Of a stretch of 43,997 nt of DNA, positions 29,001 through 37,373 are shown one piece after another. Each line of letters starts with the position of its first letter. Position 1 is the first letter of the stretch. A program made the position numbers and the translations under genes. The stretch covers positions 1 through 43,997 of the forward strand of contig JBCCQY010000067.1 of the NCBI GenBank assembly GCA_039208735.1, written 5' to 3'. The notes under the pieces are model-generated. The model had not been told where the DNA came from. It worked only from the letters and a program-made list of their open reading frames with translations, and did no database searches. Source of the DNA: Myxococcota bacterium (lineage in GTDB: Bacteria > Myxococcota_A > UBA796 > GCA-2862545).

Positions 29001-29342
29001 GTGACGGCGGGCGTCGGAACCTACAACGACGACACCACGAACTGGGGCGACCTCAACTCCCCAAGCTGTGCGTCCTACGGCTACAGCTTCGCGCCCGACG
29101 TAACCTTCGAGTTCACGGCGCCTGCCGATGGCATGTACACCTTCGATACCTTCGGCTCGGCCATCGACACCATCCTCACCGTCCTCGACGGCTGCGGTGG
29201 CGTAGAGCTGGGCTGCAACAAAGATGCGGGCGGCACCTACCAGTCCGAGGTTACCGTTCAGCTCACGGCCAACCAGACCGTCATCGTCGTGGTCGACGGA
29301 GACGGCTTCTCGGCCGGTGCGGTCACCTTGAACATCCAGTGA
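26031..29342 (+). CDS. Large acidic Cys-rich surface lipoprotein with six PPC-like beta-sandwich repeats and ten C-x-D-G-x-D-N-D-x-D-G-x-x-D-C-x-D-x-x-C repeats
   Basis: GGAGG RBS; lipobox LLAC; D-A/D-T linker; repeated domain FTPxxxGxYxFxTxGSxFDTVLxVxDGCGGxELACxDD; 1103 aa; almost no Lys/Arg. Confidence 0.9.
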   Translation: MRTMLLTLMAGGGLLACTGDDPKDESGIEADADADADADGDTDADTDGDTDADTDGDTDADTDGDTDSDTDTDTGPVLLTCPHNTINGPGVYQANITMHADELTPSCGSGTSLQEATWEFTPAMDGIYVFDTAGTAFNTVLTVLDGCQGAELGCNDDFDLTLQSRLQVELTGGVSYIIAVDTFDDQVMIGAGGVTMEVIEVFPEICDNGMDDNADGLEDCFDPGCFFDPLCCPTEAPAMDGLNTGNLTGNPSASDGLCSFGVDGPDATFEFTPTVTGIYRLDTNGTSFDTVLYVSDSCGGAELACDDDGGDGLQSLLDVVLTAGVTYIVNVDAYSSFTNIGTGDFNLNIVEIPPEICDDGVDNDIDGLLDCADFDCAGDPNCLVEICNDYLDNDADGIIDCLDPDCAADPICGAEICDDNFDNDVDGLLDCADFDCAGDPNCLVEFCDDGGDNDADGLIDCFDPDCAADKICGPEVCDDGVDNDANGLLDCQDTAACEADAACCPVNVINGPGTYTAVLTDAANVNEPSCGGNGGPDTSWEFTPANSGTYILSTDGSVFDTVLTVDDGCGGAELACDDDGGNGTQSNLTTNLTAGVTYVIHVDAFSTYTNLGTGDITLDVIELAPEICDDGVDNSGSGLVDCLDTIGCGADPLCCPVNLAAAGPGTYTAVLPLNSNVNEPTCAGNEGFDTSWEFTPAVDGDYIFDTAGSVFDTAVSIREGCGGAELACASVYGGQAQVSASLTGGVTYIIHVDAFSSYTTIGTGDVTLEIILLAPEVCDDGVDNSGNGLIDCLDPLGCAADALCCPINSTNGLGVYQAIVGQTSNVNEPQACGGSGGFDTSFDFTPPADGDYIFSTAGSVFDTVLTINDACGGTELECDDDGGPGLQSELVATLVGGQTYIVQVDAFSSFTNLGNGDVTLTVVEVAGFEQDCFDGIDEDQDGDVDCDDSDCTYTSGCFEVCNDGIDNNNDTLIDCFDPGCAVDAACCPVQVTAGVGTYNDDTTNWGDLNSPSCASYGYSFAPDVTFEFTAPADGMYTFDTFGSAIDTILTVLDGCGGVELGCNKDAGGTYQSEVTVQLTANQTVIVVVDGDGFSAGAVTLNIQ
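26121..26252 (+). repeat. Coding low-complexity tandem repeat ([18 protein letters not shown]...), about 24-nt period
   Basis: Units like gacggtgacaccgacgcggatacc repeated with synonymous variation after the lipobox. Confidence 0.85.
27093..27540 (+). repeat. Five tandem 90-nt (30-aa) Cys/Asp repeats with a 180-nt higher-order period
   Basis: E-x-C starts at 27093, 27183, 27273, 27363, 27453; units 1 and 3 share [20 protein letters not shown], units 2 and 4 share DNDADG.IDC.DPDCAAD.ICG. Confidence 0.85.
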
Positions 29343-29381
29343 TTCGGCGGCGGCGCTAAACCGCGTCGCCAGATCGCAACC

Positions 29382-29415
29382 GCGCCCCCGGAAGCCTCGC
29401 CTTCGGGGGCGCTTT
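29382..29415. terminator. Probable rho-independent terminator between the convergent lipoprotein and ccoS genes
   Basis: gcgccccc(g)gaag-cctcgc-cttcgggggcgc followed by ttt; a second weaker hairpin (ggcggcgc/gcgtcgcc) lies at about 29349-29370. Confidence 0.65.
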
Positions 29416-29419
29416 ACGT

Positions 29420-29560
29420 TCAGTCCACGTCGTGCAAGATGCGCTCGGGCGGGTCATCAAGGTCGTCGAATTGCCCCTGCCGAGCCGCCACGACAAACAA
29501 CCCCGCGAACACCGCGCCCAGCAGGACCGCAAGCGGCAGTAGAATCACAATGATGTCCAT
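29420..29560 (-). CDS. ccoS: cbb3-type cytochrome oxidase maturation protein CcoS/FixS
   Basis: 46 aa MDIIVILLPLAVLLG...GQFDDLDDPPERIL; AGGAGG RBS; last gene of the cco operon. Confidence 0.92.
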   Translation of the reverse strand: MDIIVILLPLAVLLGAVFAGLFVVAARQGQFDDLDDPPERILHDVD

Positions 29561-31863
29561 GCGTCCTCCTTCGACGCCGCGCGTCGGAGCTTCCCTTCGA
29601 CGCTCGCGCCCCCCGCGATGACCAGAAGGCTCGACAAGGGCATCAACAGCGCCGCAACCAGCGGATCGATGACTCCCGCCGCCGCAAATCCGACCGCTAC
29701 GACGTTGTAGAGCACCGAGCGAACCAGATTGCCGTGCACCACGCGCCGCACCACGCGACCCGCGAGCAGGGCCCACCGCACGGGCGCCAGTGCATCATCG
29801 ACCACCACCCCATCGGCGGCCAGAACTGAAGCCGCAGCTCCGCCTCGCATCGCCAAACCGACGTCGGCTTGCACCAACGCAGGGCCGTCGTTGAGTCCGT
29901 CACCCACGAACAGCACGACGTGCCCAGCCGCCTGTTGGTCGGCGATGAAGACCGCCTTTTCGGTGGGGGAGAGGCCAGCCCGGACCTCGATGTTGGAAAG
30001 ATCCTGGGTCATGCGACGCGCGACCTCGACGTGATCTCCCGTCAACAGGGTCAGATCCTTTCCTGCGCCGAGCTGTTGGATGACCCGAGCGGCATCGGTT
30101 CGGCGCTGGTCCGCAACGCGGATTCGGCCTTCTATATGGCCCTCCCGTTCCAGCACCACAGCACCAGGACCTCCACTACGCAGCGCAAACGACTGGCCAT
30201 CGATCCGTCCGGTGACCCCAACCCCGACGGTCTCACGAATGTCCTCGGCACGGGGCAAACGAAGTCCACGTTCAACCGCAGCATTTCGGATGGCCACGGC
30301 CATCGGGTGGTGGCTTGCGCACTCGAGTCCCGCCGCGATGCGAAGCGTCCGGTCGTCCGCTTCCACCACCTGTGGAGCCCCTTCGCTAAGCGTTCCCGTC
30401 TTGTCGAGCGCGACGTGATCGACATCGGCCAGACGCAGCAAGCTGGCGCCATCTCGGAGGATGAGTCCCCTTCGCGCGAGCGCCGACAACCCATGGGTGA
30501 CCGCGATGGGCCATGAAAGGCCCAGCGCACAAGGGCAGGCCACGACTAAGACGGCCACCGTCCGTTCGAGGGCCGTGTCGAGTCCCCACACCCATCCCGT
30601 ACCCACTCCCGTCGCGACCGCGACGACCAGCGTGAGCGCGGTAAACCAGGGCGCCAACCGATCGGCGGGCGTCACCGGGAGCCCTCGGTCGACCGAAGCC
30701 ATCACATCCTGCGCCATGCGCCGACCCAAGGTGTCGGCCCCCGTACGTTCGACCCGGACCCGGAGGGCTCCATCGACGACATCGGCTCCGGCCACAACAC
30801 GGTCCCCCGGACCCCGTGCAACGGGCTCACTCTCCCCCGTGAGCAGTGCCTGCCGGACCTCGGCGTGGCCAGACTCCACGGTGCCGTCGGCCGCGACCTC
30901 TTCACCCACCCCGACCTCGATGAGATCGCCGAGCTGTAGGTCCTCAACCGCCACGGTTTCGACGTGGGTCGCCGTCCAACGGCGAGCCACCGTCGGCAAC
31001 GTCGCGGCAATGCTGGCCGCCGCCGCCGATGCGGAACGTCGTCCTCGGGCTTCCAACAACCGGCCCACGAGCAGAAGGGTGACCAACATCACGAGGGTGT
31101 CGAGGTACCCATCCGCGTGATGCAGGGTGGCCACCACACCGTGGCCATACAACACCGCAACCGCCAGGCTGATCGGCAGGTCCATGTGCAGAACGCCCCG
31201 GCGCAGGGCGCGCCAGGCGGAGGTGAAGAATCCGCTTGCCGCATACAGGGCCACTGGCGTGGCAAGGGCGAGTTGGCTCCAGCGAAAGAGTGCTTGGTAG
31301 CGCTCGGCCATCCCCTCGAACCAGCCCGTGTAGATGCTCGCGGACAACAGCATGACGTTAGCCGCGCAAAACGCCGCAACGCCTAGTCGTACCGTCCACT
31401 CTCGGTCAGCCGTGGAAGGCCCATCGATGGGTCGGGGAACGTACCCCAAACCTGCGATGCGCCCACCCAGGGTCTCGATCGACACGAGGTCAGGGTCGAA
31501 CACGATTTGCGCTCGACCACTCGCGTAGCTCACGGTCGCCCGATGGACCCCTTCGGTGCGCTGCAGCACGCCCTCGACGAGCCAGACGCAAGAGGCACAC
31601 CGAAGTCCGTCGATCGAAAGCCGGCACGACAGGCCGTCGGCCACGGGCTCCACGGGGAGGGCCCGGTAGTCGTTGCGAGGGGCGCTCGGCCGTGGAGCGG
31701 GTCGATCCCGCTCGTCGTACCAAGCATCCAGCCCCGCGCCAGAGATGATCGCCGCCGCGGTTTCGCAGCCCGCGCAGCAGAAGCGATCGACCGCCCCATC
31801 GACCGGCACGCCGCAATGCGGGCAGTGCGCCGCCGGGGCCTCGGTGGGACGAACCTGGACCAT
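29545..31863 (-). CDS. ccoI: Copper-translocating P1B-type ATPase CcoI/FixI
   Basis: N-terminal CPHC...FCCAGC, HMA CASC, LLTGES, ACPCALGL, DKTGT, HHP, GDGLND; start 31863 by TAATG overlap. Confidence 0.92.
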   Translation of the reverse strand: MVQVRPTEAPAAHCPHCGVPVDGAVDRFCCAGCETAAAIISGAGLDAWYDERDRPAPRPSAPRNDYRALPVEPVADGLSCRLSIDGLRCASCVWLVEGVLQRTEGVHRATVSYASGRAQIVFDPDLVSIETLGGRIAGLGYVPRPIDGPSTADREWTVRLGVAAFCAANVMLLSASIYTGWFEGMAERYQALFRWSQLALATPVALYAASGFFTSAWRALRRGVLHMDLPISLAVAVLYGHGVVATLHHADGYLDTLVMLVTLLLVGRLLEARGRRSASAAAASIAATLPTVARRWTATHVETVAVEDLQLGDLIEVGVGEEVAADGTVESGHAEVRQALLTGESEPVARGPGDRVVAGADVVDGALRVRVERTGADTLGRRMAQDVMASVDRGLPVTPADRLAPWFTALTLVVAVATGVGTGWVWGLDTALERTVAVLVVACPCALGLSWPIAVTHGLSALARRGLILRDGASLLRLADVDHVALDKTGTLSEGAPQVVEADDRTLRIAAGLECASHHPMAVAIRNAAVERGLRLPRAEDIRETVGVGVTGRIDGQSFALRSGGPGAVVLEREGHIEGRIRVADQRRTDAARVIQQLGAGKDLTLLTGDHVEVARRMTQDLSNIEVRAGLSPTEKAVFIADQQAAGHVVLFVGDGLNDGPALVQADVGLAMRGGAAASVLAADGVVVDDALAPVRWALLAGRVVRRVVHGNLVRSVLYNVVAVGFAAAGVIDPLVAALLMPLSSLLVIAGGASVEGKLRRAASKEDAWTSL

Positions 31864-32021
31864 TACCGCTCCACCGTCTCGTAGGAGGACTCGACGAGGG
31901 GCGCGTGCTGGGTCGCAACCCACACGTAGGCCAAGTTGACGAGCACCACGATGCAAAGGCTGACCAAGATGGTCAGGGGCCACTCCAGGCCCCGGGTGGT
32001 GGACGTAGCGTTGGACATCAT
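31863..32021 (-). CDS. Small FixH/CcoH-like membrane peptide (52 aa; not in the ORF track)
   Basis: Hand translation: MMSNATSTTRGLEWPLTILVSLCIVVLVNLAYVWVATQHAPLVESSYETVER*. ATGA overlap with the ccoG stop and TAATG overlap with the ccoI start; WP + TM helix + V..Y pattern as at the N-terminus of CcoH; occupies the canonical ccoH position. Confidence 0.75.
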   Translation of the reverse strand: MMSNATSTTRGLEWPLTILVSLCIVVLVNLAYVWVATQHAPLVESSYETVER

Positions 32022-33358
32022 GGGAGACCTCCGCGAGGGGGCGCCTTGAAGGTGGCGTCGACCGAGAGTTCATGAGTGCCGTCATCGATGGCGACGACAA
32101 AAGGAGCGGTTCGGCCCGTCGCCCCATTGGGCAGACGGATGACGAGCGGCACCGTGCCGTCCGTCAAGGGCTCAAGCGACAATGGAGGCGTCGTGACCTG
32201 GGGCTCAGGCAGCCCCCGCACGGTCACGACGTAGTCGTGGGCGGACCGCGCATCGGTGTTGTGAATCGACACCAGATAGGTGTTGCGAACGAAGCCATCG
32301 TCGTCTTGCACAAACAACGAGCCCGGCATGCGGTTCACGGTGGCTTCGAGGGCTTGCTGGGACAGGACTCGGTAGGCCAGCCCTGCGGTGAGGGCGAGGA
32401 GAATCGCGGCATACGCCACGATGCGACCGCGCACCCAATGGGTGGTCCGCCCTTCGTCAGACGCGATGGTGGAGTACCGCACCAAAGGAGGCTGACCGAG
32501 CCGTCCCATCACGTCCTCACAGGCATCGACGCAGCGGGAGCAGTTGATGCACTCAAGCTGGAAGCCATCTCGAATGTCGATGCCCTGAGGGCAAACGTCG
32601 ACGCACTTGTCGCAGCTGATGCAGTGCCCCTCTCGAGCCGCGTCTCGTCCGCGACCCCGAGGCTCCCCGCGAGCCTGGTCGTAGCTGACAACAAGGCTGT
32701 GCTCATCGGTTAATGCGCCCTGGAACCGGGCGTAGGGGCACAGGTAGATGCAGAGCTGCTCGCGGAACCAGGCCCAGTCGACAAACAGCCCGAAAGTCCC
32801 AATGCCCACGAGGCTGTAGGTCGCGGGCCCCGCTTGACCGGTCCATAGCAGACGCGGATCCGTGAACAGCGAAAGGGCCATCATCGAGACAACGAAGGCG
32901 AGCAGGCCAAATGCGGCCCACTTGCCACCCTTTCGGGACACACGCTCCACGGTCCACGGACCGGCATCTCGCACCATGCGGACACGACGGTCGCCTTCGA
33001 ACCAACGCTCGATAGGACGAACCAGCTCTTCGAGAAACACGGTTTGGGGACACAGCCATCCGCACCACAGTCGTCCGAGCAAGGCCGTGAAGAAGAAGAG
33101 GGAGAACGCGGCGAGCAGCGCAAGCAGCACCAGGTTGAAGCCATCTGCGGCGGTGAACACGGTGCCGAACGCCGTGAGATGGCGCGCGGGAAGGTCGATG
33201 CGGAAGACGGGTTGCCCGGCGACCGAAAGCCATGGCACGACGGCCAGGATCCCGATGAGGACAACCCCGCTCGCCCGGTGCAATCGCTGAAAGCGACCGG
33301 TCACCCGTTTGGCATACACCCAGGCGCGAGCGCCGTTGACGGAGGTGTGTCGAACCAT
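32018..33358 (-). CDS. ccoG: Cytochrome c oxidase accessory protein CcoG/FixG (4Fe-4S)
   Basis: GRLWCGWLCPQTVF, FREQLCIYLCPYARFQ, RGEPRG, CISCDKCVDVCPQGIDIRDGFQLECINCSRCVDAC. Confidence 0.95.
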   Translation of the reverse strand: MVRHTSVNGARAWVYAKRVTGRFQRLHRASGVVLIGILAVVPWLSVAGQPVFRIDLPARHLTAFGTVFTAADGFNLVLLALLAAFSLFFFTALLGRLWCGWLCPQTVFLEELVRPIERWFEGDRRVRMVRDAGPWTVERVSRKGGKWAAFGLLAFVVSMMALSLFTDPRLLWTGQAGPATYSLVGIGTFGLFVDWAWFREQLCIYLCPYARFQGALTDEHSLVVSYDQARGEPRGRGRDAAREGHCISCDKCVDVCPQGIDIRDGFQLECINCSRCVDACEDVMGRLGQPPLVRYSTIASDEGRTTHWVRGRIVAYAAILLALTAGLAYRVLSQQALEATVNRMPGSLFVQDDDGFVRNTYLVSIHNTDARSAHDYVVTVRGLPEPQVTTPPLSLEPLTDGTVPLVIRLPNGATGRTAPFVVAIDDGTHELSVDATFKAPPRGGLP

Positions 33359-33362
33359 GACG

Positions 33363-34190
33363 CTACTCGCGGTTGGGGTTGGCGCGGTGGTGAACGAAGC
33401 TGGCGACCTGCTGCACACCGTCGTCACCGAGGACCGGACCCCATGCGACCATCGCCTTGCCTTCAATGCCATGGGCCACGGTGTTGGCGATCTGGTCGAG
33501 TTCGCCACCATGAAGCCACTCGGCATCGACCAGGCTCGGTGCGGTCGCGGTGCCCTCGCCCGTCGGACCGTGGCATGCGACGCAGTACTGCTGGTAGAGC
33601 GCCTCGCCGGCCACGAGCGGGTCTGACGACACCACAGGTGCAGGCTCGGCTTCGGTCGTCGGTTCTGGTGCGACGTTCACCACGCCGGCCCCCGACTTGG
33701 CGTGAAGATCGACCACGAATGCGGCCACATGAGCGATCTTTTGCGCGCCAAGCACCGGGCCCCAGGCGGGCATGCCCTTGGTGACGACACCTTCGGTGAT
33801 CGTGGTGCGAACCTGCTCGGGCTCGGCCCCATGCCGCCACTCGGCGTCGATGAGGCTAGGACCGATGCCGCCCGACCCATCCGCCTTGTGGCAACTCGCA
33901 CAGGTCTGCTGAAACACCACCTCGCCCGCGGCGATGCTCGCGGCATCCACGACCACGGGTACCGCTTCGTTGGACTGGGGCCAACGCTCCGCCGCCGCCG
34001 ACATCTCGCGCTCGTAGCGAAGCGTTTGGCTGTCCTCAGCCACGAAGTGGAAGTGGATGGCGTAGGCCACCCCCCACACCACCGTCAGCGCAAACAACCC
34101 GAGCCACCAGGTGGGCAAAGGATTGTCGTACTCCTCGATTCCATCGTTATCCTCGGCATGACCGAGCAACTCATCGGTGAACTGGCTCAT
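33363..34190 (-). CDS. ccoP: cbb3-type cytochrome c oxidase subunit III (dihaem)
   Basis: DGIEEYDNPLPTWW; two CxxCH (CASCH, CVACH) with GMPAW / AMVAW; ATGA-coupled to ccoQ. Confidence 0.93.
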   Translation of the reverse strand: MSQFTDELLGHAEDNDGIEEYDNPLPTWWLGLFALTVVWGVAYAIHFHFVAEDSQTLRYEREMSAAAERWPQSNEAVPVVVDAASIAAGEVVFQQTCASCHKADGSGGIGPSLIDAEWRHGAEPEQVRTTITEGVVTKGMPAWGPVLGAQKIAHVAAFVVDLHAKSGAGVVNVAPEPTTEAEPAPVVSSDPLVAGEALYQQYCVACHGPTGEGTATAPSLVDAEWLHGGELDQIANTVAHGIEGKAMVAWGPVLGDDGVQQVASFVHHRANPNRE

Positions 34191-34360
34191 GAGGGTCCTC
34201 CGTCGTCGAGAGGCAGGCGGCTTGCGCGTTCGAGTTTTTCGCGATTGGCGGGCGAGAACGCCCACCAGGTCCATCCGACAAGGGCGCTGAAGAACAGCAC
34301 CGTGGTGAGGCCCATCAACAGGCCAAGATCGCTGTGAGCACCGTGCAGCAACTGGCTCAT
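34187..34360 (-). CDS. ccoQ: cbb3-type cytochrome c oxidase subunit IV
   Basis: 57 aa with one TM helix and WAFSPANREKLERASRLPLDD; between ccoO and ccoP with ATGA overlaps. Confidence 0.88.
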   Translation of the reverse strand: MSQLLHGAHSDLGLLMGLTTVLFFSALVGWTWWAFSPANREKLERASRLPLDDGGPS

Positions 34361-35094
34361 GGGGCCACCTCCGCCACTGTGTCGGAATCGTCGTTGCCGC
34401 CGGCGACCGTGATGTCGTGGTCGGTTCCCAGACGCTGCAGGTACGCGATGAGCGCGACGATTTCCGTGTCCCACGTCACGTCGGTGATGCCGTTTTCAGC
34501 CAGGCGCTCAACGATGGCTTCGCCTTCGGTCTGGAGCATCCACGCCGTTGAGTTGACGGCATCGTTCGAGTAGGGCGTGCCCAGCGTGGCCAAGGTCTGC
34601 ACGCTGTCTTGCACATCGTCAGGGTCAATGCGCCAGTCGAGAAGCCACGGATAGGGAGGCATCACGCTGCCCGGCGTGGTCGACCGGGGGTTCTTCATGT
34701 GCTCGTAGTGCCAAGCGTCAGGGTATTTGCCCCCAACGCGATGCAAGTCAGGCCCAATGCGACGCGACCCAAAGAGGAAGGGGCGGTCCCAGGCGTACTC
34801 GTGCGAACGCGACCATGGGCCATAGCGCAGGGTCTCGTCCCGGAACGGACGCACCATCTGCGAATGGCAGTGGTAGCAGCCCTCGCGAATGTAGATGTCC
34901 CGGCCTGCAATCTCGAGCGGTGTATAGGGCGCGACTTGAGCGGCCAAGGCGTCAGCGTCGGTCTCGACGAAGAACAGCGGCACGATCTCGACCAGCCCGC
35001 CAACACTAATGGCCAGGGTCGTCAGGCCCGCGAACAGGCCCGCATTGGGTTCGAGGACCCGACGGTGCAGGGTCTCGTTGGATTCCTGTGTCAT
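34357..35094 (-). CDS. ccoO: cbb3-type cytochrome c oxidase subunit II
   Basis: GGLVEIVP, PYTPLEIAGRDIYIREGCYHCHSQMVRPF, GSRRIGPDL, SVMPPY, ALIAYLQRLG. Confidence 0.97.
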   Translation of the reverse strand: MTQESNETLHRRVLEPNAGLFAGLTTLAISVGGLVEIVPLFFVETDADALAAQVAPYTPLEIAGRDIYIREGCYHCHSQMVRPFRDETLRYGPWSRSHEYAWDRPFLFGSRRIGPDLHRVGGKYPDAWHYEHMKNPRSTTPGSVMPPYPWLLDWRIDPDDVQDSVQTLATLGTPYSNDAVNSTAWMLQTEGEAIVERLAENGITDVTWDTEIVALIAYLQRLGTDHDITVAGGNDDSDTVAEVAP

Positions 35095-36518
35095 GCTGCC
35101 CTCCGGATCTGAGCGGTCTTGACAAGGTTAAACGCCATCAACAGCACGCCGGAGAGGTACATGAGCCCCCCGACGAGACGCAGCCAGTAGAAGGGCTCAA
35201 GCTGGTTCACGATGTCCATGAAAATGGGGTACTGAAGCAGGCCATCATCGCCTTGCGCCCGCCACATCAGACCTTCGGTGAGCCCGGCCCCCCACATCGT
35301 CACGGTGTAGAGCACGATGCCGATGGTCCCAATCCAAAAGTGCAGGTTCGCCATGGGCATCGAGTACAGCTCGCGCTTGTAGAGCCGCGGCACAAGCCAG
35401 TAGAGGATGCCGAAGGTGAGCATGCCGTTCCACCCGAGCGCGCCCGAGTGCACGTGGCCGATGACCCAGTTGGTGTAGTGCGACAGCGCATTCACGGGGC
35501 GAATCGACATCATGGGCCCTTCGAAGGTGCTCATGCCGTAGAAGCTGACCGCGACGACCATGAACTTGATGATGGGGTCACTGCGCAGGCGGTCCCAGGC
35601 TCCCCGAAGCGTGAGCAGACCGTTGAGCATTCCGCCCCACGAAGGGGCGATGAGCATCACGCTGAACACCATCCCCAACGTCTGCGCCCAATCCGGCAGC
35701 GAAGAGTAGAGCAGGTGGTGCGGGCCAGCCCAGATGTAGAGGAAGACCAAGGCCCAAAAGTGGATGATCGAAAGCCGGTAACTGTAGACCGGCCGTTCGG
35801 CGGCCCGAGGGAGGAAGTAGTACATCAGGCCGAGGAATGGCGTTGTGAGGAAGAACCCCACTGCGTTGTGGCCGTACCACCACTGTACGATGGCGTCGGT
35901 CACCCCTGACCACACCGGATAGCTGCGGGTCAGCGTGGCGGGCAAGGCCAGGTTGTTGACCACGTGCAGCACGGGAATGGTGATCAGGAACGACAGGTAA
36001 AACCAGATGGCCACGTACAGGTGCTGCACCTTCCGGTTCGCAATCGTCATGGCCACGTTGAAGCCGAACGACAGGAACACCACAGCAATGGCAACGTCGA
36101 TGGGCCAAATCAGCTCGGCATACTCGTGGCTTTGCGTCAGCCCGAGGGGCAACGTGATGGCGGCCGCCAAAATGATGGCTTGCCACCCCCAAAAGTGGAA
36201 GTTTGAGAGGCCGTCGCTCCACATCCGCACCTTGAGCAGGCGCTGGATGGAGTAGTACATGCCCGCAAACACGATGTTGCCGGCGAACGCGAAGATCACG
36301 GCATTCGTGTGGAGGGGCCGCAAGCGGCCAAACGTGGTGTAGGGCAACCCTAAATTCGCGGGCCACCAGGCGAGCTGAAGCGCGATCAACGCGCCCACGC
36401 TCATGCCGACGATGGCGAACACGACCGTGGCCCAGACGAACCGCTTGGTCGTTTCATCGTCGTAGGGATGATCGACCACCTCACGCGGCGCATCGACCAT
36501 GGGGTCGGGATTGGACAT
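35091..36518 (-). CDS. ccoN: cbb3-type cytochrome c oxidase subunit I
   Basis: FGRLRPLHTNAVIFAF, EYAE, QWWYGHNAVGFFLT, WAGPHHL, STFEGP, GHVHSGALGW; AAGGAGG RBS. Confidence 0.98.
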   Translation of the reverse strand: MSNPDPMVDAPREVVDHPYDDETTKRFVWATVVFAIVGMSVGALIALQLAWWPANLGLPYTTFGRLRPLHTNAVIFAFAGNIVFAGMYYSIQRLLKVRMWSDGLSNFHFWGWQAIILAAAITLPLGLTQSHEYAELIWPIDVAIAVVFLSFGFNVAMTIANRKVQHLYVAIWFYLSFLITIPVLHVVNNLALPATLTRSYPVWSGVTDAIVQWWYGHNAVGFFLTTPFLGLMYYFLPRAAERPVYSYRLSIIHFWALVFLYIWAGPHHLLYSSLPDWAQTLGMVFSVMLIAPSWGGMLNGLLTLRGAWDRLRSDPIIKFMVVAVSFYGMSTFEGPMMSIRPVNALSHYTNWVIGHVHSGALGWNGMLTFGILYWLVPRLYKRELYSMPMANLHFWIGTIGIVLYTVTMWGAGLTEGLMWRAQGDDGLLQYPIFMDIVNQLEPFYWLRLVGGLMYLSGVLLMAFNLVKTAQIRRAA

Positions 36519-36556
36519 CGGTCCTCCTTGGGGAGACTCCCTGCGCCCCCACCCAG

Positions 36557-36572
36557 AGCAACCCGCGTGCCA
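36557..36572 (-). promoter_or_regulatory. Sigma-54 (-24/-12) promoter for the cco operon
   Basis: Minus strand TGGCACGCGGGTTGCT is a perfect TGGCACG-N4-TTGCW match, 38 nt upstream of the ccoN ATG. Confidence 0.8.
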
Positions 36573-36635
36573 TCACCGCAGATCATGGTTGTTCTTCACT
36601 TCTCACGCAGAGGGGCCCCATCGAGGGCTCCAAGG

Positions 36636-36651
36636 TGTGTGCCTTCACACA
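36636..36651. promoter_or_regulatory. Dyad TGTGTG-cctt-CACACA (TGT-N10-ACA), candidate enhancer or activator site
   Basis: Perfect 6-bp arms lying between the two divergent sigma-54 motifs. Confidence 0.5.
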
Positions 36652-36670
36652 TTGGATTGGGCCTCTGGCT

Positions 36671-36686
36671 TGGCTCGGGACTTGCA
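36671..36686 (+). promoter_or_regulatory. Sigma-54 (-24/-12) promoter for the DsbD_2 / cytochrome operon
   Basis: TGGCTCGGGACTTGCA: GG-N10-GC spacing with TTGCA; followed by AGGAG RBS and ATG 36710. Confidence 0.7.
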
Positions 36687-36709
36687 CCTCCACTCCTCAG
36701 GAGCTGCCC

Positions 36710-37357
36710 ATGGTCGTCGCCACATCCGCAGCCGCAGCCCTTGCGGCCCTTGTCGGAAGCCCTCACTGCATTGGAATGTGCGGGCCCCTGGCGTGCGCCG
36801 CGGGACCCAAGGCAGCCAACCAGGTCGCGTACCACACGGGTCGGATAGGCACTTACGCGACGCTGGGAGCGCTGGCCGGCGCCTTGGGACCGCGGACCTT
36901 CCTTCCCGAAGGCCTCGCCACCGCCGCTGCAGCACTCCTGCTCCTGGGTTTTGCGGCTTCGCTGGCCGGTTGGCTGCCCGAGCCCCGAGCCCTGCCCGGT
37001 CTCGTGCGACTCGGCGCTCGCCTCGCCCAAACCCCTACGCTGGCTTCACGGTTCGCCTTTGGGGTCATCAATGGGCTGCTGCCCTGTGGCTTGGTCTACG
37101 CCACGCTGGCCGTGCCGATGGCCGGAGCAGACCCCACCGCGGGTGCGCTCGCCATGGCCACGTTTGGCCTGTTCACGGTGCCTGCGTTGGCCTCGGCCGC
37201 CTTTGGATTGCGTCTTGTGTTGAACCGCACACCCCGTGTGCGGGTCCTGTTGGCGGGCATCGTGCTCGTCTCGGGGCTCGCCACACTGGGTCTGCGCGAC
37301 GGGTGGTTTGTGGGCGAGGCGCCTGCAGACGCTCCCCTGTGCCACGTTCCCCATTGA
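36710..37357 (+). CDS. Sulfite exporter TauE/SafE / DsbD_2 family membrane protein (cbb3-associated)
   Basis: GSPHCIGMCGP, YHTGRIGTYATLG, GVINGLLPCGLVY, GALAMATFGLFTVP; C-terminal LCHVPH. Confidence 0.9.
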   Translation: MVVATSAAAALAALVGSPHCIGMCGPLACAAGPKAANQVAYHTGRIGTYATLGALAGALGPRTFLPEGLATAAAALLLLGFAASLAGWLPEPRALPGLVRLGARLAQTPTLASRFAFGVINGLLPCGLVYATLAVPMAGADPTAGALAMATFGLFTVPALASAAFGLRLVLNRTPRVRVLLAGIVLVSGLATLGLRDGWFVGEAPADAPLCHVPH

Positions 37358-37373
37358 TGTCTAGGAGGACCCC

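Noticed and set aside
31864..32127. N-terminal extension of the 860-aa ATPase ORF
   Set aside because: Overlaps ccoG and the small ccoH-like ORF in other frames; the TAATG overlap supports ATG 31863.
34180..34360. Identical ATGAGCCAGTT at the starts of ccoQ and ccoP
   Set aside because: An 11-bp match explained by shared M-S-Q codons and ATGA coupling; too short to imply duplication.
36519..36709. FNR/FixK/Anr box upstream of ccoN
   Set aside because: No TTGAT-N4-ATCAA or close variant found by eye on either strand.
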